From sequence record PP274704.1: a stretch of DNA of 64,000 bases; one strand, given 5' to 3'. The stretch's first letter is position 1. Each line of letters starts with the position of its first letter. This document shows, piece after piece, positions 48,038 to 61,224 of the stretch. This DNA comes from Escherichia phage ECp13. The notes under the pieces are model-generated. The model made no database searches and had not been told where the DNA came from. It worked only from the letters and a program-made list of their open reading frames with translations. The translations under genes and the position numbers were made by a program.

Positions 48038-48244
48038 ATGTTTACTACAGCTGAATTAAAACGAGCAAAAGCTAAGAAAGGGCAAGGAAAATATAAAGCT
48101 GAATTAGTTAAAGAACTTCAGTTTGCTGAGGCTGAATTGAATTCAATGATTATTCAAAATGCTCCAGAAACTGAAATTGCTCTTAAACGTATTGCGAATA
48201 AGTGTCTTCGTGATGCAATCGTCGATCTTTTAGCAGATTATTGA
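48038..48244 (+). CDS. hypothetical protein, 68 aa
   Basis: ATG 48038 after GGAGAATAAA. Confidence 0.5.
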   Translation: MFTTAELKRAKAKKGQGKYKAELVKELQFAEAELNSMIIQNAPETEIALKRIANKCLRDAIVDLLADY

Positions 48245-48461
48245 GTAAAATGAAAATCATTGAGATTGAACTATGAGTTCATTGTGGTGGTGTTTTGTTT
48301 GGTTAATTAGTATTCCATTAATTTGTTTAACATTTACTTTTGTAATGAGGTTATTATGAAAATTTTGAATTCTGTGCTTATTGCTTGTGCGTGGTGGGTT
48401 GCGCAAGTTTCGGCAGTGGTGATTGGTATTCACATTTATTACGAATATTTTTAAAAAAGTT

Positions 48462-48491
48462 GTTTACAAGACTGTTCCTCTGTGGTATTAT
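48462..48491 (+). promoter_or_regulatory. T4-type early promoter
   Basis: GTTTAC 48462-67, 18-nt spacer, TGG-TATTAT. Confidence 0.55.
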
Positions 48492-48519
48492 TACCCTATC
48501 AACTACGGAGGAACAGAAA

Positions 48520-48633
48520 ATGAAAAAGATTGTTAAAGCTATATGGAATGTAGTTATAATACTAGTAGTTTTGAGTATATTCCCAATCGTTTTAATGATT
48601 GATGTATTAAACGCTTACTTTGGATTTATGTGA
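48520..48633 (+). CDS. small membrane peptide, 37 aa
   Basis: ATG 48520 after CGGAGGAACAG; hydrophobic. Confidence 0.35.
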   Translation: MKKIVKAIWNVVIILVVLSIFPIVLMIDVLNAYFGFM

Positions 48634-48640
48634 GGAAAAT

Positions 48641-48838
48641 ATGAAGCGTAAACGCAGTGCTTTTACATTTATTGAATGGTTTTTCGATAATATTTTTCCA
48701 GCTTTATTCATTTTCATGCTGATTTTTGCCTTAGGTTCAGTTGTAGTTGGAATTTATTTGATGGCAGTTGTCGGAATGGACATTCATCAAAATGGCTTAA
48801 AATCTGTTGTTGAAACAATTTGGAATGGTGTAAAATAA
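48641..48838 (+). CDS. small membrane protein, 65 aa
   Basis: ATG 48641 after TGAGGAAAAT; hydrophobic core. Confidence 0.45.
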   Translation: MKRKRSAFTFIEWFFDNIFPALFIFMLIFALGSVVVGIYLMAVVGMDIHQNGLKSVVETIWNGVK

Positions 48839-48953
48839 TGAATTTACTAAGCATTTGGTTTTATATTTTCATGTTTTACGTTGGTGCAAATTTTCCGTAT
48901 TGGATGGGATGGTCAACAACTGCATTTGGATTTTATACTCCCTGAGGTGAATT

Positions 48954-49169
48954 ATGAAAATTTTTAAAGATGTAAAAGTTGGTGAAATTTTTTGCTTGGA
49001 TAGTGGTGATCAGTTAATTCGTATTTCACCTCTTAAGAGCACTAGCGAGAAAATGACAGTTAATGCTACTTTAGCAAATAACAGTAATGAACGTTTCTGT
49101 ATTGAAAACGATACTGAAACTTATACTGTAGAAGAGTTCTGGGAATTGAGCGTCGACTGCGACGATTAA
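48954..49169 (+). CDS. hypothetical protein, 71 aa
   Basis: ORF after TGAGGTGAATT. Confidence 0.5.
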   Translation: MKIFKDVKVGEIFCLDSGDQLIRISPLKSTSEKMTVNATLANNSNERFCIENDTETYTVEEFWELSVDCDD

Positions 49170-49228
49170 TTTATCGGCCGTGTGTATTCATGCGGCCTTG
49201 GAGTAGAAAATAATTAGAGGAAATTAAT

Positions 49229-49684
49229 ATGAAATACATGACTGTTACTGATTTGAATAATGCAGGTGCTACTGTTATTGGTACAATCAAGGGCGGTGAA
49301 TGGGTTTTTGGAACTCCACATAAAGACATTTTATCTACACCTGGATTTTACTTTTTAGTGAGTAAATTTGGTGGTCCATTTGATAGTCCGTGTGTATCTG
49401 CACGATTTTATGTAGGTAATCAGCGTTCTAAGCAAGGATTCAGTGCAGTTCTAAGTCATATTCGTCAGCGTCGGTCTCAGCTTGCGCGTACTATTGCAAA
49501 TAATAATGTTCCATATACAGTATTTTATCTTCCTGCTTCTAAGATGAAACCTTTGACGACAGGATTTGGAAAAGGTCAGTTAGCTTTAGCGTTTACTCGT
49601 AATCATCATTCTGAGTATCAAACACTTGAAGAAATGAATCGTATGTTGGCTGATAACTTTAAATTTGTTTTACAGGCATACTAA
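49229..49684 (+). CDS. ndd: nucleoid disruption protein Ndd
   Basis: 151 aa; matches recalled T4 Ndd. Confidence 0.8.
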   Translation: MKYMTVTDLNNAGATVIGTIKGGEWVFGTPHKDILSTPGFYFLVSKFGGPFDSPCVSARFYVGNQRSKQGFSAVLSHIRQRRSQLARTIANNNVPYTVFYLPASKMKPLTTGFGKGQLALAFTRNHHSEYQTLEEMNRMLADNFKFVLQAY

Positions 49685-49857
49685 TGAAAGCTCTATTTGT
49701 AATGGGTTACCTATTAGTTTTAGCCTTATTCACAGTGACCGGAATCTTTATGGCTTTAGGTCTACCTCTTAATGATAATGCGGCTGTCGTGATGTGTGTA
49801 GGTGGCGGATTTATCTGTTTTGAACGTTTATGCAAAATGTGTGGTGTGTATGAGTAA
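49684..49857 (+). CDS. small membrane protein, 57 aa
   Basis: ATG overlapping ndd stop (TAATG); hydrophobic. Confidence 0.4.
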
Positions 49858-49930
49858 TTTCCATAACGAACATGTGATGCAGTTCTATCGTAACAATCTT
49901 AAAACCAAAGGCGTCTTCGGACGCCAGTGA
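49850..49930 (+). CDS. stp: Stp peptide (activator of host PrrC anticodon nuclease in T4)
   Basis: 26 aa [26 protein letters not shown], matches recalled T4 Stp; hairpin GGCGTC-UUCG-GACGCC inside 3' end. Confidence 0.7.
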
Positions 49931-49937
49931 GGAAAAT

Positions 49938-50096
49938 ATGAATATCGCAAAATTATTAGGAGTTATTTCATTTATTTGTTGGATAGTAGCATGTGTTTTA
50001 ACTATCTGTATCGATGCTAGCAGTGTGTTTTCACAAGCTTTAGCCCAGGGTATGTGTGCATATTTAACATTTGTGTTGTTATCTACTAATGATTAA
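49938..50096 (+). CDS. small membrane protein, 52 aa
   Basis: ATG after TGAGGAAAATA; hydrophobic, Cys-containing. Confidence 0.4.
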   Translation: MNIAKLLGVISFICWIVACVLTICIDASSVFSQALAQGMCAYLTFVLLSTND

Positions 50097-50233
50097 GAAA
50101 ATCTTGGGCTATTCATTAGCCCTTGCTACTTTATTGGTAGCACTATATTATGGAGTAATGTTCGGATTAATTCAAGTCGTGCTTTTCATTTCTGATGTTA
50201 TTATGGCACTACATTCACTAGTATGGTAAATTT

Positions 50234-51562
50234 ATGCAACTGAATAATCGCGATTTAAAAAGTATCATTGATAATGAAGCATTGGCTTATGCTATGTACA
50301 CGGTTGAAAATCGTGCTATCCCAAATATGATTGATGGATTTAAGCCAGTTCAACGATTTGTTATTGCTCGAGCTCTTGATTTGGCACGAGGAAATAAAGA
50401 TAAGTTTCACAAACTCGCTTCTATTGCAGGTGGTGTAGCAGACCTTGGATATCATCATGGTGAAAACTCTGCACAAGATGCTGGGGCTTTGATGGCTAAT
50501 ACTTGGAATAATAACTTTCCTTTGTTAGACGGTCAAGGAAACTTTGGTTCTCGTACCGTTCAAAAAGCAGCGGCAAGTCGTTATATTTTTGCTCGTGTAA
50601 GTAAAAATTTCTATAACGTATATAAAGATACTGAATATGCTCCGGTACATCAAGATAAAGAACACATTCCGCCTGCTTTCTATTTGCCTATTATTCCTAC
50701 TGTTCTTCTTAATGGTGTTTCCGGTATTGCAACTGGTTATGCAACTTACATTCTTCCTCATAGTGTTTCTTCTGTCAAGAAAGCTGTATTGCAAGCTCTT
50801 CAAGGAAAGAAAGTAACTAAACCGAAGGTAGAATTCCCAGAATTTCGCGGTGAAGTCGTTGAAATTGACGGTCAATATGAAATTCGTGGAACATACAAGT
50901 TTACTTCACGAACTCAAATGCATATCACTGAGATTCCATATAAGTATGATCGTGAAACTTACGTGAGTAAAATCTTAGACCCGCTTGAAGATAAAGGTTT
51001 CATTACGTGGGATGATGCTTGCGGTGAGCATGGTTTTGGCTTTAAAGTTAAATTCCGTAAAGAATACTCTTTGAGTGATAACGAAGAAGAACGTCATGCA
51101 AAAATTATGAAAGACTTCGGGTTGATTGAGCGTCGTTCCCAGAATATTACCGTTATTAATGAGAAAGGAAAACTACAAGTTTACGATAACGTAGTTGATT
51201 TAATCAAAGACTTCGTTGAAGTTCGTAAAACTTATGTCCAAAAACGAATTGATAACAAAATCAAAGAAACTGAATCAGCATTTCGTTTAGCCTTTGCCAA
51301 GGCACATTTCATTAAGAAAGTAATTTCAGGTGAAATTGTTGTACAGGGTAAAACTCGCAAAGAACTGACCGAAGAACTTTCTAAAATTGATATGTATTCT
51401 TCTTATGTTGATAAACTAGTTGGAATGAATATTTTTCATATGACTTCCGACGAAGCAAAGAAACTTGCTGAAGAAGCTAAAGCTAAAAAAGAAGAAAACG
51501 AATATTGGAAAACTACTGATGTAGTTACAGAATACACCAAAGATTTAGAGGAAATCAAATGA
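50234..51562 (+). CDS. 52: DNA topoisomerase II medium subunit gp52 (GyrA-like)
   Basis: 442 aa; matches recalled T4 gp52. Confidence 0.9.
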   Translation: MQLNNRDLKSIIDNEALAYAMYTVENRAIPNMIDGFKPVQRFVIARALDLARGNKDKFHKLASIAGGVADLGYHHGENSAQDAGALMANTWNNNFPLLDGQGNFGSRTVQKAAASRYIFARVSKNFYNVYKDTEYAPVHQDKEHIPPAFYLPIIPTVLLNGVSGIATGYATYILPHSVSSVKKAVLQALQGKKVTKPKVEFPEFRGEVVEIDGQYEIRGTYKFTSRTQMHITEIPYKYDRETYVSKILDPLEDKGFITWDDACGEHGFGFKVKFRKEYSLSDNEEERHAKIMKDFGLIERRSQNITVINEKGKLQVYDNVVDLIKDFVEVRKTYVQKRIDNKIKETESAFRLAFAKAHFIKKVISGEIVVQGKTRKELTEELSKIDMYSSYVDKLVGMNIFHMTSDEAKKLAEEAKAKKEENEYWKTTDVVTEYTKDLEEIK

Positions 51563-51713
51563 GTCCATTCATAGGTATTACAAGCGCTGCATTAGTATCT
51601 GGTAGCATTTTACTGGCGGGTTTAGGTGTTGTTCCTGCCGTAGCAGGAGGTCTTCTTGCGTTCGGAATTCAACGTGTTATCATGACAGTTATCACAGTCA
51701 TGCAGTAATTTTA

Positions 51714-51740
51714 GGGAGAGCCAAGGCTCTCCCTTTTTTA
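51714..51740 (+). terminator. rho-independent terminator
   Basis: GGGAGAGCC-AA-GGCUCUCCC followed by TTTTTT. Confidence 0.8.
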
Positions 51741-51764
51741 TTTCAAAAATTTTTTCACAAAACG

Positions 51765-51794
51765 GTTTACAACCAAAGCATACTGTGGTATTAT
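51765..51794 (+). promoter_or_regulatory. T4-type early promoter for motA
   Basis: GTTTAC 51765-70, 18-nt spacer, TGG-TATTAT. Confidence 0.6.
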
Positions 51795-51835
51795 ACAACT
51801 ATCAACTACTGATACAGAATTACGGAGATTAGAAA

Positions 51836-52471
51836 ATGTCTAAAGTAACTTACATCATCAAAGCTTCTAACGATGTTCTGAATGAAAAAACTGCTGCGAT
51901 TTTAATTACCATTGCTAAGAAAGATTTCATTACAGCTGCAGAAGTTCGTGAGGTGCATCCAGATTTAGGTAACGCAGTAGTTAATAGTAATATTGGGGTA
52001 TTGATTAAAAAAGGCCTGGTGGAGAAATCTGGTGATGGATTAATCATTACAGGTGAAGCTCAGGATATTATTTCAAATGCAGCAACTTTATATGCGCAGG
52101 AAAATGCTCCTGAACTGCTGAAAAAACGAGCAACTCGTAAAGCTCGTGAGATTACTTCCGATATGGAAGAAGATAAAGACTTCATGTTAAAACTTTTAGA
52201 TGAAAATGGATTTGTTCTTAAAAAGGTTGAAACTTACCGCAGTAACTATCTTGCTATTTTAGAAAAACGCACTCACGGAATTCGTAATTTTGAAATTAAT
52301 AACAATGGAAATATGCGAATTTTTGGATACAAAATGATGGAACACCATATTCAGAAATTTACTGATATCGGAATGTCATGTAAAATCGCTAAAAACGGCA
52401 ATGTGTATCTTGACATTAAACGCTCAGCAGACAACATTGAAGCAGTAATCACCGTAGCATCCGAACTGTGA
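51836..52471 (+). CDS. motA: middle transcription activator MotA
   Basis: 211 aa; matches recalled T4 MotA. Confidence 0.9.
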   Translation: MSKVTYIIKASNDVLNEKTAAILITIAKKDFITAAEVREVHPDLGNAVVNSNIGVLIKKGLVEKSGDGLIITGEAQDIISNAATLYAQENAPELLKKRATRKAREITSDMEEDKDFMLKLLDENGFVLKKVETYRSNYLAILEKRTHGIRNFEINNNGNMRIFGYKMMEHHIQKFTDIGMSCKIAKNGNVYLDIKRSADNIEAVITVASEL

Positions 52472-52481
52472 GGAATAAATA

Positions 52482-52811
52482 ATGAACAAGTTAGAAATTG
52501 TTAATGAACTTCGTCGTTGTGCAGAACCCACTCAAGAGGGGTGGGACATCTGGTACCATGGAGCTTATCTTGGAAGTATCGTAAAGATTAAGACTGGTAA
52601 ATACATGATTATTCGTGAAAGTAAAGATGCTCCAGTAGGTATTCGCAATAATTTTATGGCAGCGATAAGTTCCTTTACAGATTCAGCTTATGAAATTTAT
52701 CTCGCCGATTGTAAAGAATTCCAGGAATCTCAACCGGTTATTCGCTCAATTGGTGTTAACAAAGCACAGCAGAAAACTTTGTGGCAGCGTATTAAAGGAT
52801 GGTTTAAATGA
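52482..52811 (+). CDS. hypothetical protein, 109 aa
   Basis: ORF after GAGGAATAAATA. Confidence 0.55.
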   Translation: MNKLEIVNELRRCAEPTQEGWDIWYHGAYLGSIVKIKTGKYMIIRESKDAPVGIRNNFMAAISSFTDSAYEIYLADCKEFQESQPVIRSIGVNKAQQKTLWQRIKGWFK

Positions 52812-53269
52812 ACCCATTTATTAATCGTTTAAAAATGCTGAATGTGCCTTTATCTCGTGAAACTCCAGAAAGTCTTGTTGAAAAATTTAAAGCGCATGGT
52901 TATAAATGCACAGAAGAAGATATTCTTACAGAAGTTCCTGAAATCTGTTGGCAGACTGCGTATTGGGACGAAAACCAAAAATATCAACGACGAATTGTTT
53001 GCGCAGCCAACCGTTTTAAATTAAAAGATGGACGAACTCTTGTTATTCCGGGTGCTCGTCATTATTCTAAAGATATGGCAGAAGTTTTAGATGTAGTTAA
53101 ACCTCAATTAGTTACTCAACAAGTTTGTGATGATGACCAAGGGTTTATTGATCAGTATAGTAATTATTGGACACGTGAAGAAGCAATGATTATTGCAACT
53201 TACGCCGGACAAGTACGTATTGAACGCGGTGGTAGTGAAAAAGAACTTTACTCTGAGGACCTTTACTAA
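52808..53269 (+). CDS. hypothetical protein, 153 aa
   Basis: ATGA overlap. Confidence 0.55.
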   Translation: MNPFINRLKMLNVPLSRETPESLVEKFKAHGYKCTEEDILTEVPEICWQTAYWDENQKYQRRIVCAANRFKLKDGRTLVIPGARHYSKDMAEVLDVVKPQLVTQQVCDDDQGFIDQYSNYWTREEAMIIATYAGQVRIERGGSEKELYSEDLY

Positions 53270-53565
53270 TGAATATTAAAAAGTTTCAAATTGATGGAAT
53301 TAAGAATCAAATCCAGGCGTTGGAATATGCCAATAAAATGATGTCAACTAATTGGGGAATTTATGCCAATGAACCGGCATTTCAATTCTGTAATATGGAA
53401 TTCACGAAAAAGCTCGTAGGAAAAGATTATGTATGTCCATTTAGTTCTCCAGTAAATGGAATGTTAAAACCTGCTTTACGCGATCTTTATATTGCGATGA
53501 ACGAAGAAATGATAAAAGAACTAAAACGTCAACTGAAGGTGATTCAATTTGGCCAGGGAAATTAA
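53269..53565 (+). CDS. hypothetical protein, 98 aa
   Basis: TAATG overlap. Confidence 0.5.
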   Translation: MNIKKFQIDGIKNQIQALEYANKMMSTNWGIYANEPAFQFCNMEFTKKLVGKDYVCPFSSPVNGMLKPALRDLYIAMNEEMIKELKRQLKVIQFGQGN

Positions 53566-53767
53566 TTCAAAATCCGATTATTTTAATTCTCTCAATGATA
53601 AAGATAAAAATTTAATACGGCATTTTATTGTTGAGATGGGATATACTGACACACGTGATTTAAGAGAACATATATTTGAATGTGGTGTAGCTAAAAAGTT
53701 TTCATTCACATGCAAATGTTTGAGAGAGGTAATTCAGCACTATGAACAATTTAGTCGCAAAACATAA
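53549..53767 (+). CDS. hypothetical protein, 72 aa
   Basis: overlaps previous ORF end. Confidence 0.4.
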   Translation: MAREINSKSDYFNSLNDKDKNLIRHFIVEMGYTDTRDLREHIFECGVAKKFSFTCKCLREVIQHYEQFSRKT

Positions 53768-53850
53768 TTTTAATAAAGCTTCTGTCCATAAGGATAAGAA
53801 GAAAGCGTTTAAAGAATCTAATCGCAAACAGAAACATAAGGGGAAGGTCT

Positions 53851-54129
53851 ATGATTATTGATTCTCAGTCTGTGGTTCAATACACAATCAAAATTGATAT
53901 TCTAGAAAAGCTATATAAGTTTTTACCAAATTTATACCACTCAATTGTTAATGAATTAGTTGAAGAACTGCATCTTGAGAATAATGATTTCTTGGTTGGA
54001 ACTTATAAAGACCTCTCAAAAGCAGGATATTTTTACGTAATTCCAGCTCCAGGAAAAAGTATTGATGATGTATTAAAAACTATAATGATTTATGTCCATG
54101 ATTATGAAATTGAAGATTATTTCGAATGA
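53851..54129 (+). CDS. hypothetical protein, 92 aa
   Basis: ORF after AAGGGGAAGG. Confidence 0.5.
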   Translation: MIIDSQSVVQYTIKIDILEKLYKFLPNLYHSIVNELVEELHLENNDFLVGTYKDLSKAGYFYVIPAPGKSIDDVLKTIMIYVHDYEIEDYFE

Positions 54130-54290
54130 GTCATAATCTTGAAAAGGTAATCGAGCATAATGTAGCTCAGGAACGTAAGTCGTTCAAGGAATTCGTAGAA
54201 AAAATTTTTGAAGAAAATACTACAGACCAGTTTACAAATCAAGCGTCTGATGATATTATAACAAAGTCAACTAATTGAGTGGTATAGTTA

Positions 54291-54563
54291 ATGAATAAAA
54301 ATATTGATACAGTTCGTGAAATTATTACTGTTGCGTCTATTTTGATTAAATTTTCCAGAGAAGATATTGTTGAGAATCGCGCTAATTTTATTGCATTTCT
54401 GAATGAGATTGGAGTAACGCATGAAGGTAGAAAGTTAAATCAGAATTCATTCCGTAAAATTGTTTCTGAATTAACTCAAGAAGATAAGAAAACCCTCATC
54501 GACGAATTCAACGAGGGTTTTGAGGGTGTATATCGATATCTAGAGATGTATACAAACAAATAA
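54291..54563 (+). CDS. asiA: anti-sigma-70 protein AsiA
   Basis: 90 aa; matches recalled T4 AsiA. Confidence 0.85.
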   Translation: MNKNIDTVREIITVASILIKFSREDIVENRANFIAFLNEIGVTHEGRKLNQNSFRKIVSELTQEDKKTLIDEFNEGFEGVYRYLEMYTNK

Positions 54564-55220
54564 TTATTTAGCCCTTCCTAATATTCTGGCCGCCTGAGCA
54601 CATATTGATTCAAGGCGGTCATTACTTATATGATCATTTCTATACCAGTACATGGTTATTGTTCCAGCATAGATATTATCCAAATTGAAATATGGACAAC
54701 TGTACATGTAATTTATTTCGGGAGTAGGCTTTTTAGTCGGTAAAAAAGCAAATTTTGAGTTGGAATAATAATGACGTCCATTTAAATGAACTGCATATTC
54801 ATCCATAGTTTTATCAACAGGATATCCTCCAAGTGATTTTTCACTTATTGTTGAAGGTAATTTTCCTTCATATGCTATAATATCAACAAAATAGTTTAAG
54901 TTTTTAGGGCGGAAAGAATACACCGCACTAAAGTCTGCCTCAGATGATATATGAACTATCTGGAGTTGTTCCAGGGCGACAGATTCAAAGCGTGCATTTC
55001 TTTCCTTTTCAATAATTTCACTGTATGTTTCATACTTTGATTGCTTATAGTACTCAAAGAAACTATCTCCCCTATACCAAACAATCGCCATTATAAACAA
55101 AAGAATTACGACAGCTACCCGGGAAGCAAGAACTTTCCCGGTAGCGTTATCTTTGAACAAGCGATCTAGAACACCAAACAGAACATCAGAGGGCGAAAAT
55201 GATATTCTAGGTGCTGCCAT
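54564..55220 (-). CDS. t: holin T
   Basis: 218 aa; one TM segment near N-terminus; matches recalled T4 holin t. Confidence 0.9.
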   Translation of the reverse strand: MAAPRISFSPSDVLFGVLDRLFKDNATGKVLASRVAVVILLFIMAIVWYRGDSFFEYYKQSKYETYSEIIEKERNARFESVALEQLQIVHISSEADFSAVYSFRPKNLNYFVDIIAYEGKLPSTISEKSLGGYPVDKTMDEYAVHLNGRHYYSNSKFAFLPTKKPTPEINYMYSCPYFNLDNIYAGTITMYWYRNDHISNDRLESICAQAARILGRAK

Positions 55221-55250
55221 AGACCCTCCTTTTAAGGATATTTATTCAAA

Positions 55251-59373
<4,123 letters not shown>

Positions 59374-59381
59374 AAGTCCTC

Positions 59382-60038
59382 TTAATAATAGCCGAAATCT
59401 TGAACAGAATCCTTAATAACAATTTGATCAAATCGTGGAACATGCGAAGGTTGAGATGCAGGATTCTGTGAAAAAAGGTTTGGCGCGGTTAAGTTACCTG
59501 TCATAGTATCTCCAGAGCGTAATACCCTAGAGTTTGCGTTTGCTGTAACAATATTTATTGCTCCATCGACATAATCTTTCCGCGTGAGGTCATAATTATT
59601 TACTGGAGATAATGAAGTTGCGCGTATTTGTGATGCTTCAATTACGCCCTTTGAGCTAATATCTCCATTTCGTGTGTTAATTACTACAGTTCTACCTGCT
59701 GTTCCTTGTGATGATTTAAAACCAATACCATACCACGAAACAATATCCATATTTGTAGTATCATACGTGGCATTATCACCAGGACCAGCAAAAATACCAT
59801 TGTCACCTGACCCTGCACCGGGAACAGTCATTCCTTTATTAAAAATTACTTTATTTAAATACGTGCCACCATTAGCTTTAGAAACGAAATCATTATCAGC
59901 AGCTTGTGGTTTATTATATTCTGAATATATTTTAAATGATTTATAGAGTACATCGTCACCGGCTGGATTCAATGGAAAATTTCCTTGATGCCAAATGACA
60001 GAGCCTCCAGTTGTTGAACCTACTTTTAAATCAGCCAT
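59382..60038 (-). CDS. 36: long tail fibre hinge connector gp36
   Basis: 218 aa; position and size match T4 gp36. Confidence 0.85.
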   Translation of the reverse strand: MADLKVGSTTGGSVIWHQGNFPLNPAGDDVLYKSFKIYSEYNKPQAADNDFVSKANGGTYLNKVIFNKGMTVPGAGSGDNGIFAGPGDNATYDTTNMDIVSWYGIGFKSSQGTAGRTVVINTRNGDISSKGVIEASQIRATSLSPVNNYDLTRKDYVDGAINIVTANANSRVLRSGDTMTGNLTAPNLFSQNPASQPSHVPRFDQIVIKDSVQDFGYY

Positions 60039-60062
60039 TGTATGCCCCTTTATTTTAATAGT

Positions 60063-60070
60063 ATTTATAA
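60063..60070 (-). promoter_or_regulatory. late promoter TATAAATA for gene 36
   Basis: plus-strand TATTTATA about 25 nt upstream of gp36 start on minus strand. Confidence 0.6.
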
Positions 60071-60073
60071 AGA

Positions 60074-60096
60074 AAAAGGGAACCCGAAGGCTCCCT
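60074..60096 (-). terminator. rho-independent terminator after gene 35
   Basis: minus-strand GGGAGCC-UUCG-GGUUCCC (one G-U pair) followed by UUUUU. Confidence 0.65.
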
Positions 60097-60100
60097 CAAT

Positions 60101-61216
60101 TTAAACTTCTCTAAATTCTTGTCCAAACACTTTACCAGTTTTAGACGATGCTTGTGTAGGAAGTACCATTATATCCGGAGGTGAAGCAGATTCACAGACA
60201 TAATTAACTCGAATACCATTGACGCCAAATTCAGCAGGTTTTGAAATTCCGCCATTTCTTGATACTTCAGAAAAGCTTAAATTTTTCATGCCACCTTGAC
60301 CTGCTTGCGCAGTTCTTTGTGCATATATCGTAAATCCTACTGCATTTTCTGGAATAACTACATAATCTTCCTTTAATTCCCATGACCCAGCTTGTCCAGT
60401 AAACTCGGCATGTGTTGAAGAAATATATCCATTCGATTCATCATAAAAACGGATAGATATATTTGTAGTTCCAAGCGCAAGTAAATCTGCATCAGCATAT
60501 AACTGCGCTTTAAGATAAAGAACATCGCCAGGAATTAAATTATAATCAGAGAGTTTACTTATTGCGGATGAAGTTGGTAAACGTGCAATTTCGTTATTAG
60601 TTCCACCGACTGCTGACATAAATTGCTCCACGCTTTCATATGTTCTTTTAGGAAATCCCGTAGCTCCAACGTCTTCTAAACTGTCAAATACAACATCTAA
60701 AATAGTTTGATAGTCATCTGTGCTTTTTCTATTACTTAGTTTAACATGTTCTAATGCAATAGCTCCTTTGGAAGAAGTATAAAAGGCAGCATATGATACG
60801 TCAAATCTTGACAATAAAGAATCAGATGGAAAAGCAGACGTTCCTGCTGCTCTTAACCAAGATACTACTTCAGGAGGAAAATTAACCTTTCCGCTAGTTA
60901 ATATAGCAACAAGTCTGTTATTCGCCAAAGAATTCATGAAACTAACAAAAGCAGCTGATGTAGTATCATTTGAAGTCGAAAAAGCATATGACTTACTATC
61001 AACTAATGCTCCAGTGGAAGGGTCAAAAACTCTTAAATGAAGACCTGCGCTAAATGTTTGGCTTCCAACAAGATTATCCTGAAATTTAACATATGGACCT
61101 GCTGTAGAAAGCGGGCAAGAACCCGCTATACTTATTTTATATCTTACTGAATTGCTTTCCGATAAAAATGGCGTTTGGACATATCCTTGTCCAAACTCTG
61201 CCATAAATTTTTCCAT
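60101..61216 (-). CDS. 35: long tail fibre hinge subunit gp35
   Basis: 371 aa; position and size match T4 gp35. Confidence 0.85.
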   Translation of the reverse strand: MEKFMAEFGQGYVQTPFLSESNSVRYKISIAGSCPLSTAGPYVKFQDNLVGSQTFSAGLHLRVFDPSTGALVDSKSYAFSTSNDTTSAAFVSFMNSLANNRLVAILTSGKVNFPPEVVSWLRAAGTSAFPSDSLLSRFDVSYAAFYTSSKGAIALEHVKLSNRKSTDDYQTILDVVFDSLEDVGATGFPKRTYESVEQFMSAVGGTNNEIARLPTSSAISKLSDYNLIPGDVLYLKAQLYADADLLALGTTNISIRFYDESNGYISSTHAEFTGQAGSWELKEDYVVIPENAVGFTIYAQRTAQAGQGGMKNLSFSEVSRNGGISKPAEFGVNGIRVNYVCESASPPDIMVLPTQASSKTGKVFGQEFREV

Positions 61217-61224
61217 AATACCTC

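Noticed and set aside
8564-51740. The recurring GGGCTTCGGCCC-like elements as a CRISPR array or mobile-element terminal repeats
   Set aside because: They are dispersed over 40 kb at irregular spacing, each between genes, and are self-complementary hairpins rather than direct repeats with unique spacers.
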